Origin: Alphaproteobacteria bacterium
GTDB taxonomy: Bacteria; Pseudomonadota; Alphaproteobacteria; MPNO01; UBA830
Direction of reading: 5' to 3'
Assembly (NCBI GenBank): GCA_964291215.2
Contig: OZ219790.1
Location: 96,001 to 160,000 of the forward strand
DNA: 64,000 bases
A model generated the notes under the pieces. The model did no database searches. It was not told the DNA's origin and was given only the letters and a program-made list of their open reading frames with translations. The position numbers were made by a program, and so were the translations under genes. Position 1 is the first letter of the stretch; each line of letters opens with the position of its first letter. Shown here in pieces: positions 51,448 through 63,255 of the stretch.

Positions 51448-52350
51448 TTAGGCCTCGTCCAGAGAATCGCCGGAATCCCCCGCCAGATTGAGGATCAAGC
51501 TTGACGTGTCGAAACGGTTGCCCCCCTTTTCCTGCACATCCGCATAGAACCGGTCCACCATTTCCGCCACTGGCAACCGCGCTCCGTTGCGCTCGGCCTC
51601 GTCCAGGCAGATTCCGAGGTCCTTTCGCATCCAGTCGACGGCAAAACCAAAACCGAACTTTCCGTCGACCATGGTCACAGCACGGTTATCCATTTGCCAG
51701 GACTGTGCCGCGCCGCCCGACATCACCTCCGCCGCGCGCTTGGCGTCGAGTCCGGCCTTCATCGCAAAGTTCAGCCCTTCTGCAAGCCCCTGCACGAGTC
51801 CGGCAATACATATCTGGTTGACCATCTTGGTGAGCTGGCCCGACCCGGCCTCGCCCATCCGCACCACAGTCTTGCCGTAACTTCGCAGAACCGGTTCCAC
51901 GGAGTTGAAAACCTCTTCATCGCCGCCTGCCATGATGGTCAGCACCCCGTTCTCCGCACCCGCCTGGCCGCCGGAGACCGGCGCGTCGACAAACCCGAAC
52001 CCACGCCGTGCGGCTTCCGCTGCAAGCTCCCGGGCAACGATTGCGGAGGTCGTGGTGTGGTCGATCAGTGTCGCCCCCACCTTCATGCCGGCGAACACGC
52101 CCTCCTCGCCGAGGACAACGGCGCGAAGGTCGTCATCGTTGCCTACACAAGTCATGATCCAGTCGGCCCCCCGCGCCGCGTCGGCGGGGCTCGGCTGCGT
52201 TTCTCCGCCGTACTCCCGTGCCCAGCGGTCGGCCTTCTTCTGCGTGCGGTTATAAACCTGCGTCCGGAAGCTGGCGTTCGCCAGATGGCCCGCCATCGGA
52301 TACCCCATCACACCGAGACCCACGAATGCCGCCAAACCTCGATCAGTCAT
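51448..52350 (-). CDS. NAD(P)-dependent 3-hydroxyisobutyrate dehydrogenase family protein
   Basis: FVGLGVMGYPMAGHL, DAPVSGGQAGAENG, GSGQLTKMVNQ, WMRKDL. Confidence 0.92.
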   Translation of the reverse strand: MTDRGLAAFVGLGVMGYPMAGHLANASFRTQVYNRTQKKADRWAREYGGETQPSPADAARGADWIMTCVGNDDDLRAVVLGEEGVFAGMKVGATLIDHTTTSAIVARELAAEAARRGFGFVDAPVSGGQAGAENGVLTIMAGGDEEVFNSVEPVLRSYGKTVVRMGEAGSGQLTKMVNQICIAGLVQGLAEGLNFAMKAGLDAKRAAEVMSGGAAQSWQMDNRAVTMVDGKFGFGFAVDWMRKDLGICLDEAERNGARLPVAEMVDRFYADVQEKGGNRFDTSSLILNLAGDSGDSLDEA

Positions 52351-52412
52351 GATTCTTTACTCCACGAATCTGTACGTTCACGCTCCCCGGAAACCCCGGC
52401 GGCCTGTCAGGA

Positions 52413-53231
52413 TCACGCCGCCGGACGCTTTGCAATGGCTTCGGCAATCGGACGCTGAAGATTTTCCCATGTTGCCGGATCGGGCGCCAGCAGAATTCCG
52501 CCTTCGCCCGGTGCACCGACGAGATAGGGCGTACGATCAAGGGAGCGACAGAAGCCTCCCGCCTCGGCGTGGATCAACACCCCTGCGGCGTGATCCCAGG
52601 CCGACACTCCGCGATAATGCGCGAATTGGATCTCGCCGTCGGCAAGCGCACAGTAATCGACACCGATACATCGGCTCGCGGTGATTCGCGCGAATCGCTC
52701 GGGGAGATCCGTCCGTCTGCGAAGGAAACCGCCCAACGAGCCGGTAAGTGCGCCGAGGCTGCCGCCGCCCGGAGCGATCTGGAGCCGAATGCCATCGCGA
52801 AAGGCCCCTGCGCCCACCTCGGCGATGTACATGGCATCCTCTACTGGCCTGTAGATCCATCCTGCAATCGCCTGGCGCTGGACGACAAGCGCGACCATGA
52901 CGGCAAAACCCTGTCTTCCATCGACGAAATTCCTGGTCCCGTCCACCGGATCAACGAGCCACACCGGCGCATCTTCGTCGAGGGTATCGAGAAGGGTCGG
53001 GCTGTTTTCGCTCATTTCCTCGCCCACGACCACTGACGACGCCACCAGGTCCGGTAACCGGCGTGAAAGGAATTCCTCGGCCGCGACATCGGCCGCCGTC
53101 ACCACGGATCCGTGGCGCTTCTGCCACTGGTCAGCCGCCTTGAGCCTGCCGAAGCGGGGCATGATCTCGGCGGTGGAGACTTCGCGAATGAGGCTGCTGA
53201 CTTTGTCGAGAGCGGGCATGGGGAGTACCAT
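52413..53231 (-). CDS. Inositol monophosphatase family protein
   Basis: VTAAD, VGEE, WLVDPVDGTRNF, WDHAAG.LI..EAGG. Confidence 0.92.
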   Translation of the reverse strand: MVLPMPALDKVSSLIREVSTAEIMPRFGRLKAADQWQKRHGSVVTAADVAAEEFLSRRLPDLVASSVVVGEEMSENSPTLLDTLDEDAPVWLVDPVDGTRNFVDGRQGFAVMVALVVQRQAIAGWIYRPVEDAMYIAEVGAGAFRDGIRLQIAPGGGSLGALTGSLGGFLRRRTDLPERFARITASRCIGVDYCALADGEIQFAHYRGVSAWDHAAGVLIHAEAGGFCRSLDRTPYLVGAPGEGGILLAPDPATWENLQRPIAEAIAKRPAA

Positions 53232-53337
53232 GGCGGAAGAGTAACAGGAAACCGTTGCAGAATCCCGTTGCCTGAACTTGCTGCATCGGGGAACCGACTC
53301 CGGCGGACGCGGGAATCTGCGGCGGCGTGACGCCCCC

Positions 53338-53379
53338 ACAAAGAAAGGGAGCCGCCACAATCCCTTGCGGCGGCTCCCT
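53338..53379 (-). terminator. Rho-independent terminator after groEL
   Basis: AGGGAGCCGCC..GGCGGCTCCCT stem followed on the minus strand by TTCTTT. Confidence 0.75.
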
Positions 53380-53404
53380 GAATTTCGGGAACTGGACCGG
53401 GTGG

Positions 53405-55051
<1,647 letters not shown>

Positions 55052-55339
55052 TTAGTCGATTATGGCCATGATGTCGGACTCCTTCATGATCAGGAGATCC
55101 TTGCCATCGAGTTTCACTTCTGTGCCGGACCACTTGCCGTACAGGATCTTGTCGCCCTTCTTGACGTCCATTGCCTGTGTCGTGCCGTCATCGTTGCGGG
55201 CTCCGTTGCCCACTGCGATGATCTTGCCTTCCTGCGGCTTTTCCTGGGCGGTGTCAGGGATGATGATGCCCCCGGCCGTCTTCTCCTCGGCGGTAAGCGG
55301 TTCGACCAGCACGCGATCGTGCAGGGGTCTGATTGCCAT
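55052..55339 (-). CDS. groES: Co-chaperonin GroES
   Basis: [30 protein letters not shown]. Confidence 0.99.
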   Translation of the reverse strand: MAIRPLHDRVLVEPLTAEEKTAGGIIIPDTAQEKPQEGKIIAVGNGARNDDGTTQAMDVKKGDKILYGKWSGTEVKLDGKDLLIMKESDIMAIID

Positions 55340-55387
55340 CAGCGATCCTCCTAATGAAGTTTGTCGTTGTACAAAAAGATGGAGTTG

Positions 55388-55445
55388 CTAGCACTCAAGG
55401 CTAGCGAGTGATAACTATGTAAGTCCGGTTTTCGAAATCTTCAAG
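55388..55445 (-). promoter_or_regulatory. CIRCE operator (55388-55414) and probable RpoH promoter
   Basis: CTAGCACTC-N9-GAGTGATAA versus consensus TTAGCACTC-N9-GAGTGCTAA; CTTGAA -35 on the minus strand at 55440-55445. Confidence 0.88.
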
Positions 55446-55490
55446 AGGCCGCGCCGACTTTTTTTGTCTCGCGTCCGCTGCCCCGGGCAG

Positions 55491-56765
55491 CTAGGCCCCG
55501 GCGTTCCGGTCCAGACCCATCGCGGCGACATAGGCGGCGCGAACGGCGGCAGGCTGGCCGGCCTGAAACACGAAGTTCAGAATCGAACGCATGCGCTGGT
55601 AATTCGGGTTCCGCAATTCCTCCCGCGTCGGTCCGTTACGGAAGTACTCGCGGTCAAAGATCGGAAGCGTAACGCAGTTGTTGGCCCGCGGATCGCGTAC
55701 CAGCCCCTTCGGGTCTCCGCCCTCGGCAACGACTTCGATGTCGTCGAGAAATCTCCGGCGCATCATGATCACGCCGCGGTCGCTGCGCCCGAGATGTTCC
55801 TGGGACCGGTCGGCAAGCGCCCCCTGCCCGACCCAGGCAGCAAAATCCTGATTCATGACATGGCTGGTGATCCACTCGCCCGTGTCGGCGTCGCGAATCG
55901 GGCCGCGCCAGGCCGGAATGCCATCCTGGCGGAAGGGCCTCATGTCTTGCGGTACCGGATTGAAAAACCAGCCGACGCTCAGCGTGTTGCTATCGTCGAT
56001 CGGGACCCGCCACTCGAAATGGTCTCCGGTAAACAGCGCGTTGGGCCACAAGCAATTGCGTCCGACCGTCCATAGCGGATGGTTCTCGTCCGTATTTTCA
56101 CGGACGCGCCTGTAGGAGATCCCGAACTCGAACTCGTCGAACCCGAGCTTGAGATGCTTCGGTGCATAGGGGCCACAGGCCCCGGATGCCCGCACCCGCC
56201 AGTTGTCATGCTGCCACTCGAAATGTACCGGGTCGATCGAATTCTCCTGGCACTGGAACCAGTTGCAGGGAATTTCGGAAATCACGATCTGGCAAAAACC
56301 GTTCTCCCAAGTAAAGGGCTCCCACGTAGGCACCAGCGGCGCCGGTTCGGGACCGAGATAGGCCCAGAGAAGGCCGGCCTTGGCCTCGACGGGGTAGGAC
56401 GTGATCCGAATCTTGTCGCGGAAACGCGAATCCGGGTCGGCGGTGTCCTCGAACGGCTGCTCGAGGCAGGCCCCGGTGCGATCGAAGTACCAGCCATGAT
56501 AGCTGCAGCGCAGCCCGCATTCCTCGACATAGCCGAACCCGAGATCGGCGCGCCGGTGCGGACAGTGGCGCTCGAGCAGGCCGTAACCGCCTGAAAGATC
56601 GCGATAGAGGACGAGGTCCTCGCCCATGATCCTGATTCGCCTCGTCGGCTGCTCCGCCATCTCGGACACGGCGCCGACCGGATGCCAATATCTCCTGAGA
56701 AGCTCGCCCATCGGCGTGCCGGGTCCGGTTTCACACAGCTGGCGGTTGGTCGCGTGGTCAAGCAT
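55491..56765 (-). CDS. Rieske non-heme iron oxygenase (phthalate 4,5-dioxygenase-like)
   Basis: TGPGTPMGELLRRYW, CPHR..CSYHGW, ENSIDPVHFEWQH, EHLGRSD.G. Confidence 0.88.
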   Translation of the reverse strand: MLDHATNRQLCETGPGTPMGELLRRYWHPVGAVSEMAEQPTRRIRIMGEDLVLYRDLSGGYGLLERHCPHRRADLGFGYVEECGLRCSYHGWYFDRTGACLEQPFEDTADPDSRFRDKIRITSYPVEAKAGLLWAYLGPEPAPLVPTWEPFTWENGFCQIVISEIPCNWFQCQENSIDPVHFEWQHDNWRVRASGACGPYAPKHLKLGFDEFEFGISYRRVRENTDENHPLWTVGRNCLWPNALFTGDHFEWRVPIDDSNTLSVGWFFNPVPQDMRPFRQDGIPAWRGPIRDADTGEWITSHVMNQDFAAWVGQGALADRSQEHLGRSDRGVIMMRRRFLDDIEVVAEGGDPKGLVRDPRANNCVTLPIFDREYFRNGPTREELRNPNYQRMRSILNFVFQAGQPAAVRAAYVAAMGLDRNAGA

Positions 56766-56868
56766 GGCCCAGACATATCTCCGTGCAGGCGCAGGAACCG
56801 ACGGGCTCCTCGCCACAACAACCGAACCGTGCCACAATGGCCCCAGCTCGACAAACGGGAGAGGGTTC

Positions 56869-57777
56869 ATGGCACGGTTTGTCATCCAGTCCCACGGCAG
56901 ACTCCAGGAATGGGTTGCCGAGGAACATGGCTACTTCGCTGCGGAAGGCCTTGAATATGATCTGGCGCTGGGCCGGCCGGCGCGATGGTCGACCAGTGTG
57001 GCCAGCGCAGAGGAGGCGCCGCCCGAAGTCCGCTACGGCGCATTCGAATCCTACGAAGAAGGGCGCGCCTGCAATATCTCGGCGGCATGTCACTGGACCG
57101 TAAACATGGCCGCGTCCGCCGGACATGGCCGGATGTGGGGCGATGCCTATTCGGTCACGCCCTCGGCCATCTTCGTGCCGCCCGATTCGCCGGTTGCGAG
57201 GCCCGAGGACCTGGCGGGCGTTCCCGTCGAGGTCGGCTACCATTCGGGGAGTCACTACTCCACGCTCCAGGCCCTCCGCCGCTTCCTCGACCCCGATGAT
57301 ATCAGACTCGACTTTGGCGGCGTGCTCTGGGACCGGCTTGCGCTGCTCGTCGAGGGTCGTGCCCAGGCCGGCAATGCCTTCGGTGCGCCCTACTACCTTC
57401 TCGAACAGCTCGGTTTCCGCAAGATCGTCGACACGACCTTCATGATCGGCTCTCTCGTTGCCGGCGATTCTGACCTCGATGACGTGCGCCGCTATTTCCG
57501 TGCGCTGCGCCGGGCTCAGCGGGACATCGACGCCGAGCCCGAATGCTACACCCACTATTTTCTGCGTGAACTGCCCGCACGCTACCATGCGATGGTCGAT
57601 GTCCGGCGCATGGGGCCCGGAGAACGCCTCGTCTTCGAACCATACACGCAGGAACTGTTCGAGCGGACCCACAGATGGATGACTGATCTCGACCTGTTCC
57701 CGGACGACCAGAGAGGATCCGGCACCTATCATGAGGCGGTGCTGACGGGAATCGCCGCAGCTCCTATTTCCAGCTGA
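56869..57777 (+). CDS. Periplasmic-binding-fold protein (SsuA/THI5-like), no obvious signal peptide
   Basis: WVAEEHGYFAAEGL, PEDLAG..V.VG, GFRKI patterns. Confidence 0.65.
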   Translation: MARFVIQSHGRLQEWVAEEHGYFAAEGLEYDLALGRPARWSTSVASAEEAPPEVRYGAFESYEEGRACNISAACHWTVNMAASAGHGRMWGDAYSVTPSAIFVPPDSPVARPEDLAGVPVEVGYHSGSHYSTLQALRRFLDPDDIRLDFGGVLWDRLALLVEGRAQAGNAFGAPYYLLEQLGFRKIVDTTFMIGSLVAGDSDLDDVRRYFRALRRAQRDIDAEPECYTHYFLRELPARYHAMVDVRRMGPGERLVFEPYTQELFERTHRWMTDLDLFPDDQRGSGTYHEAVLTGIAAAPISS

Positions 57778-59293
57778 TCCTGCCCATCTGGGCGCCGAAG
57801 GGATTGATGATCCCCTTTTCGATCACCAGGTCCTTGTTGTGGACGAACACGGACGACAGGCTTGCGATCGGAATGATGTAGGCCTGTTCGTTAATGCGGT
57901 TAAAGACCTGCCGGTAGAGCTTTTCGCGCTCGCCGGTATCGAAGGTCGCACCCGCCTTCTTCATCCACCCCTTGATCTGCTGGTCCCCGTAATAGTCCCG
58001 GGCCTTGCTTCCGAAATAAAAGGTGACCAGCGCATCAACATCTGGAACGCCGCCTGAACTGAACTGGTGAACCAGGCTCTGGATCTTGCCGCTCCTCTGC
58101 AGCTTGCGGTAGGCGCCAAAGGTCACGCTCCTGATCGAGGCCTTGACGCCGACCGCGCGAAAATATCCGGCGATCGCCTCCGCAACCTTGCGGCTCTCCC
58201 CGAGCGTGGTGATCTGCAGTGCGAGATTCGATTTGCCCGCCTCGGCCAGCATTTTCTTCGCGGCCGCCGGATCGTAGGGTGGCGGCTTCCGGTCGAAGAC
58301 GCATCCGATCTGGAGAGGCTTGCAGATCGAATCCATGCGCGCCACGGCATCGCCGCCAGCGAAAATGTTGCGGCGGATCGATTCTCTGTCGATGGCATGG
58401 ATCAGCGCGCGGCGCACGCGGGCATCCTTGAGATCGTCCTTGCCGCTCCGTCCCAGCGCATCGAAAGCGATGTAGCGGAACAGGATGCCGTTGCTGACCG
58501 TCATGCCGAGCGCCGGATTGAGCGCCAGATTGTCGGCCTGGTCCTTCGGCACGTTGTGGATCATGTCGAGCCCCCCCGTGATCAGCTGTGCCACCTGGGT
58601 CTGGATATCGGGGATCGGCAGGACATGCAGGTTCGCGATCTTTCCGGCCGGCTTCGATGGCGCGCCATGGGCGTAGGCCTCGTTCCGCACCATCCGGACG
58701 CCCTTGTCCGGACTGTAGGCGACGACCTTGTAGGGGCCTGTGCCGATGGGTTTCTTGCCGAACGTCACCTTTTTCTCGAGCTTGCCGTGAACATCGGATG
58801 GCAGGATCGGAATGCTGACGGCGAATCTCGCCATGGCAACCGCGCGCGCTCCCTTGGTTGTCACGCGGACCGTGTAGCGGTCAACCCTGGTAGCCTTCTT
58901 GATCCACAAGAACCGTGTCTTGATGCGGAACTTGACCTTGGGGTCGCTGACCCAGTTCAGGGTATAGACCACATCGTCGGCATCCATCGGCGATCCGTCA
59001 TGGAACCGCACATCGTCGCGCAGCACAAATTCGTAGGTCGTCGGATCGATCTGCTTCCAGGCCTTCGCGAGCAGCGGTTCGAACGCCTTCGTTTTCTCAT
59101 TGTAGGTGATCAGCGTGTCGAACACCGCGCGCGCGGTGAACGCTGTCTCTCCCTTGGGATCATAGATCAAGTCGACGCCCGGGATGGGATCGTAGAACCC
59201 GACCCTGAGCGTGTCTGCAGACTTTTGCCCTGCTGCTGGCGCCGTCGCCATTACCCCGGCCGCTGCCGCAGCGATGAGGAGTTTGCGCGTCAT
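57764..59293 (-). CDS. ABC transporter substrate-binding protein, family 5 (Dpp/Opp)
   Basis: Signal peptide; PLLAKAW, LRDDVRFHDG, PIGTGPYK, DARVRRAL.HAIDR. Confidence 0.9.
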   Translation of the reverse strand: MTRKLLIAAAAAGVMATAPAAGQKSADTLRVGFYDPIPGVDLIYDPKGETAFTARAVFDTLITYNEKTKAFEPLLAKAWKQIDPTTYEFVLRDDVRFHDGSPMDADDVVYTLNWVSDPKVKFRIKTRFLWIKKATRVDRYTVRVTTKGARAVAMARFAVSIPILPSDVHGKLEKKVTFGKKPIGTGPYKVVAYSPDKGVRMVRNEAYAHGAPSKPAGKIANLHVLPIPDIQTQVAQLITGGLDMIHNVPKDQADNLALNPALGMTVSNGILFRYIAFDALGRSGKDDLKDARVRRALIHAIDRESIRRNIFAGGDAVARMDSICKPLQIGCVFDRKPPPYDPAAAKKMLAEAGKSNLALQITTLGESRKVAEAIAGYFRAVGVKASIRSVTFGAYRKLQRSGKIQSLVHQFSSGGVPDVDALVTFYFGSKARDYYGDQQIKGWMKKAGATFDTGEREKLYRQVFNRINEQAYIIPIASLSSVFVHNKDLVIEKGIINPFGAQMGRISWK

Positions 59294-59385
59294 AACCTGG
59301 CTCCCTATTCTTGGTGCGAAATGCAACGGGTCTGCGCACCCGCCGCTTCATCCTGACTGTACCAGACTTCCATGGAGGCGAGGAA

Positions 59386-60399
59386 ATGATTATCGACTGC
59401 CATGCCCACGTCAGCGCACCAGCCGAACTGTGGGCTTACAAGGCGAGTCTGGTTTCGCACCGCGGCTCCCACGGTCGCGGCCGCGTCAACGTCAGCGACG
59501 ACGACATTCGCCATGCCGTTGAAGAACAGCATTTCCCCGGTTCCGGCCACAGCCACATGGACTATATCGACACCCTCGGCACCGACATGCAATTGCTCTC
59601 GCCGCGGCCCTTCCAGCTCATGCATTCCGAAAAGCCGGCAAGGCTCGTCCAGTGGTTTCACGAGGAATGCAACAACATGATCCACCGCCAGATGGGGCTC
59701 TATCCGGATCGATTCGTCGGCGTCGCCGGCCTGCCCCAGCCCTGTGGCGAGCCCCTTGACATGGCGATCGCCGAACTCGGGCGCTGCGTCAGCGAACTCG
59801 GCTTCAGGGGCTGCCTGCTCAACCCCGACCCCTACGAGAACACCGGCATCCACCCGCCGCCGCTTGGCGACCGCTACTGGTATCCGCTCTACGAGAAGTT
59901 GTGCGAACTCGACGTGCCGGCCCACATCCACGGTACCGGGTCGAGGTCGGAGCGCGAGCCCTACTCCCTGCGCTTCATCAACGAGGAGACGACGGCAGTG
60001 TACGGCCTTGTCAATTCGACAGTGCTCGACGACTTCCCCGATCTGAGAATTGTTGTCAGCCACGGCGGCGGCGCCGTTCCCTATCAGCTGGGACGCTTCG
60101 AATCAGGGACTCTCCGCCGCCCTGGCGCCGAACGGTTCAGCCAACGCATGCGCCGGCTGTTCTACGACACGGTGCTCTACACCCGAGAGGCGGTCGAGCT
60201 CCTGATCAGGGTCGCCGGTGTAAACCAGTGCCTCTTCGGCGCCGAGTGCCCGGGCGTCGGCTCGTCCGTCAATCCCGACACCGGGCGGCACATGGACGAT
60301 GTCGCGTACCACATTCGGGAAATCGAGTGGATGTCGGACGACGACAGGGAGAGGATTTTCGTCGGCAACGCGAGGCGCGTGTTCGGGCTTGCACCGTAA
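59386..60399 (+). CDS. Amidohydrolase_2 family, LigJ (4-oxalomesaconate hydratase)-like
   Basis: MIIDCHAH, SPR, LPQ, LNPDP, YWYPLYEK.CELDVPA.IH, HGGGAVPY, FGAE.PG. Confidence 0.8.
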   Translation: MIIDCHAHVSAPAELWAYKASLVSHRGSHGRGRVNVSDDDIRHAVEEQHFPGSGHSHMDYIDTLGTDMQLLSPRPFQLMHSEKPARLVQWFHEECNNMIHRQMGLYPDRFVGVAGLPQPCGEPLDMAIAELGRCVSELGFRGCLLNPDPYENTGIHPPPLGDRYWYPLYEKLCELDVPAHIHGTGSRSEREPYSLRFINEETTAVYGLVNSTVLDDFPDLRIVVSHGGGAVPYQLGRFESGTLRRPGAERFSQRMRRLFYDTVLYTREAVELLIRVAGVNQCLFGAECPGVGSSVNPDTGRHMDDVAYHIREIEWMSDDDRERIFVGNARRVFGLAP

Positions 60400-60430
60400 G
60401 GCCGCGCGGCGCGGAACGGGGAAGGCCGCC

Positions 60431-61348
60431 ATGGGGCGCTTCCTGTTGCAGCGGAGCGGTGTGGCACTGCTCGTCGCGGTCACCGTCTCGATCATCGGCT
60501 TTGCGCTGCTGCGTCTTTCGGGCGATCTGGCAGCCGACCTCGCCGGCGAGGACGCGACACCGGAAGAAATTGCCGAGATCGCGAGGCTCTACGGCCTCGA
60601 TCTTCCGATTCACGAGCAGTATCTCGACTGGGCGGGACGTGCGCTCGGCGGCGATCTTGGCCAGTCCCTGTTCACCAGCGAGCCGGTTCTCGAACTCATC
60701 CTCGACCGCATCGGAGTTACCGTCAGCCTGTCGGTCTACTCCCTTCTCCTCGCTCTCGCCCTCGCCATTCCGCTCGGCGTTGCCGCGGCGATCAGGGTGA
60801 ACAGCTGGATCGACCGGACAGCACTCGCGGTTGCGGTTTTTGGCCAGGCGATCCCGAATTTCTGGTTCGGACTGATCCTGATCTACCTGTTTGGCGTCGT
60901 GCTGGGCTGGTTGCCAATCTCCGGCTCGGACAGTTTCGCGCATTTCGTGCTGCCCACGGTGGCGCTCGGGACCGCGGTCATGCCGGCCTTGATGCGGCTG
61001 ACCCGAGCCGGCATGCTCGAGGTACTCGATTCCGATTATGTCCGCACCGCCTGGGCCAAGGGCCTCCGCTCCCCGACGGTATTCTTCAAGCACGCACTGC
61101 GCAACGCGGTTCTGCCCGTCGTGTCGCTGTCCGCAGTTTCTCTTGGTTTCCTTCTCGGCGGTTCCGTCATCGTCGAGACCGTGTTCGCGCTCAACGGGAT
61201 CGGCCTCCTCGCCTACCAATCGATCCTGCGTAGCGACTTTCCGGTGGTGCAGTCGATCCTGGTCTTCGTCTCGTTCGCTTACATCCTGCTCACGCTTGCC
61301 TCCGACCTGATCAACGCGCGGCTGGATCCTCGCATCCGCCTGGATTGA
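60431..61348 (+). CDS. Dpp/Opp ABC permease (DppB-like)
   Basis: GDLGQS, IPNFWFG, DYVRTA.AKG, KHALRN, DPRIR. Confidence 0.92.
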   Translation: MGRFLLQRSGVALLVAVTVSIIGFALLRLSGDLAADLAGEDATPEEIAEIARLYGLDLPIHEQYLDWAGRALGGDLGQSLFTSEPVLELILDRIGVTVSLSVYSLLLALALAIPLGVAAAIRVNSWIDRTALAVAVFGQAIPNFWFGLILIYLFGVVLGWLPISGSDSFAHFVLPTVALGTAVMPALMRLTRAGMLEVLDSDYVRTAWAKGLRSPTVFFKHALRNAVLPVVSLSAVSLGFLLGGSVIVETVFALNGIGLLAYQSILRSDFPVVQSILVFVSFAYILLTLASDLINARLDPRIRLD

Positions 61349-62254
61349 ATGATGGCAACTGACATGTTCCAGGACGAGTTTGCGACCGCAGCGCCAACGC
61401 CGGGCGAGATCATGAGGCGGCGGGCCCGCTCGCATCTCGGCTTCCTCGCCGGCGGCGGCTTCGTAGCGCTGGTCGTGCTGCTTGCCGTGCTTGCGCCCTA
61501 CGTGACGCCCTACGACCCCTACAGCCAGAACCTCGAGGCGCGGCTGGTCGGTCCGGTCTGGGCGGCAGACGGAAGCTGGGCCCATCTTCTCGGAACCGAT
61601 TCGCTGGGCCGGGACTATCTGACCCGCATCCTTTACGGCGCTCGGGTCTCACTGATCGTCGGCCTCGGAGCGGCGCTGATATCGGGCACCGTCGGCTCCT
61701 TGATCGGCGTTGTAGGGGGGTATTTTGGAGGACGAATCGACGCCTTCGTGATGTACCTGATCAACGTGAAACTCGCCCTGCCCGGCATTCTCGTCGCGCT
61801 ATCGCTGGTGTCGATCTTCGGCGGCTCGCTGCTTGCGCTGGTCTGCATCCTCGGCTTCCTGTTCTGGGACCGCTTCGCGGTCGTCGTCCGCAGCGTCACC
61901 CAGCAGGTCAGGAGTCATGATTTCATCACCGCGGCCGAAGCTGTAGGCGCCTCCCGGCCACGCATCATCTTCCGAGAGGTGCTGCCCAACGTGACCAGCC
62001 AGATCATCGTCATCGCCAGCCTCGAGATGGCGATCGCAATCCTCGTCGAGGCCGTTCTCTCCTTCCTCGGTCTCGGCATTCAGCCGCCGACACCTTCCTG
62101 GGGCCTGCTGGTTTCCGAAGGACGCAACTTCATGTTCTTCAAACCCTATCTGATCACCCTGCCCGGCCTCGCCATCTTCCTGCTGGTGATCGCAATAAAC
62201 CTGATGGGCGACGGTATTCGCGACATCACGGCACCCGAGGGCCGCAACCGATGA
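61349..62254 (+). CDS. Dpp/Opp ABC permease (DppC-like)
   Basis: LGTDSLGRD, YGARVSL, EA.LSFLGLG..PP.PSWG, NLMGDG.RD. Confidence 0.92.
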   Translation: MMATDMFQDEFATAAPTPGEIMRRRARSHLGFLAGGGFVALVVLLAVLAPYVTPYDPYSQNLEARLVGPVWAADGSWAHLLGTDSLGRDYLTRILYGARVSLIVGLGAALISGTVGSLIGVVGGYFGGRIDAFVMYLINVKLALPGILVALSLVSIFGGSLLALVCILGFLFWDRFAVVVRSVTQQVRSHDFITAAEAVGASRPRIIFREVLPNVTSQIIVIASLEMAIAILVEAVLSFLGLGIQPPTPSWGLLVSEGRNFMFFKPYLITLPGLAIFLLVIAINLMGDGIRDITAPEGRNR

Positions 62255-63255
62255 GTGCCGCCGACACTCCGGTTCTTGCCGTCCAGGGCCTCAGCGTCGA
62301 CATTGCGGTGCCTTCGGGTGTCCTCCATGCCGTCGACGATGTCGATTTCTCGGTGCGCCGGGGCGAGACGCTCGCGATCGTCGGCGAATCCGGATGCGGC
62401 AAGACGATGACGGCGCTTGCGGTCATGCGCCTGCTGCCTCGCGAGGCAAGGCTGCGCGCGCGCCGCCTCCTGCTCGACGGCGAGGAACTGCGCAACATTC
62501 CGGATCGCGAAATTGCCGACCTCCGCGGCAACCGCATGGGAATGATCTTCCAGGATCCCATGACCTCCCTCAACCCGGTATATACGATCGGCAACCAGAT
62601 CGAGGAGATATTCCTTCGCCACCGGCGCGGCAGCCGCGCGGAGGCCCGCGACCGCGCTTCCTACCTGCTCCAACGCGTCGGAATTCCCAACGCCGCCGTC
62701 CGGCTCGGCCAGTTCCCGCATCATCTCTCCGGCGGCCTCCGCCAGCGCGCGATGATCGCCATGGCGCTCATGTGCGAGCCCTCGCTGATCATCGCTGATG
62801 AACCGACGACGGCGCTCGACGTTACCGTCCAGGCGCAGATCTTGCGCCTGCTCGCCGAATTGCAATCCGAGTTCAACATGGCGTTGATCCTGATCACGCA
62901 CGACCTCGGCGTGGTCGCCCGAACCGCCGACCGGGTCGCGGTCATGTATGCGGGCAGGATCGTGGAGAGCGGCAGTTCCGGGCAGATATTCGCCTCTCCC
63001 ACCCATCCCTATACGCGCGGACTGATCGAGTGCATACCGCATCCCGACGGGTCCGGGATCAGGCTCGGTGCAATTCCCGGCATCGTTCCCTCCCTGATCG
63101 GCGACCTGACGGGCTGCATGTTCCGCAATCGTTGTGCTCTTGCCGAAGACCGCTGCCGACAGGAAGGAAACTCGGAGCGCGAGCTCGCGGATGGTCACCA
63201 TTACCGCTGCATCCATCCCCCGCACCGTCTGCTGCCCGGCGCGGTAGCGCGATGA
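62251..63255 (+). CDS. Dpp/Opp ABC ATPase (DppD-like)
   Basis: GESGCGKT, FQDPMTSLNP, LSGG.RQR, ADEPTTALD, HPYT, C-terminal Cys motif. Confidence 0.93.
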   Translation: MSAADTPVLAVQGLSVDIAVPSGVLHAVDDVDFSVRRGETLAIVGESGCGKTMTALAVMRLLPREARLRARRLLLDGEELRNIPDREIADLRGNRMGMIFQDPMTSLNPVYTIGNQIEEIFLRHRRGSRAEARDRASYLLQRVGIPNAAVRLGQFPHHLSGGLRQRAMIAMALMCEPSLIIADEPTTALDVTVQAQILRLLAELQSEFNMALILITHDLGVVARTADRVAVMYAGRIVESGSSGQIFASPTHPYTRGLIECIPHPDGSGIRLGAIPGIVPSLIGDLTGCMFRNRCALAEDRCRQEGNSERELADGHHYRCIHPPHRLLPGAVAR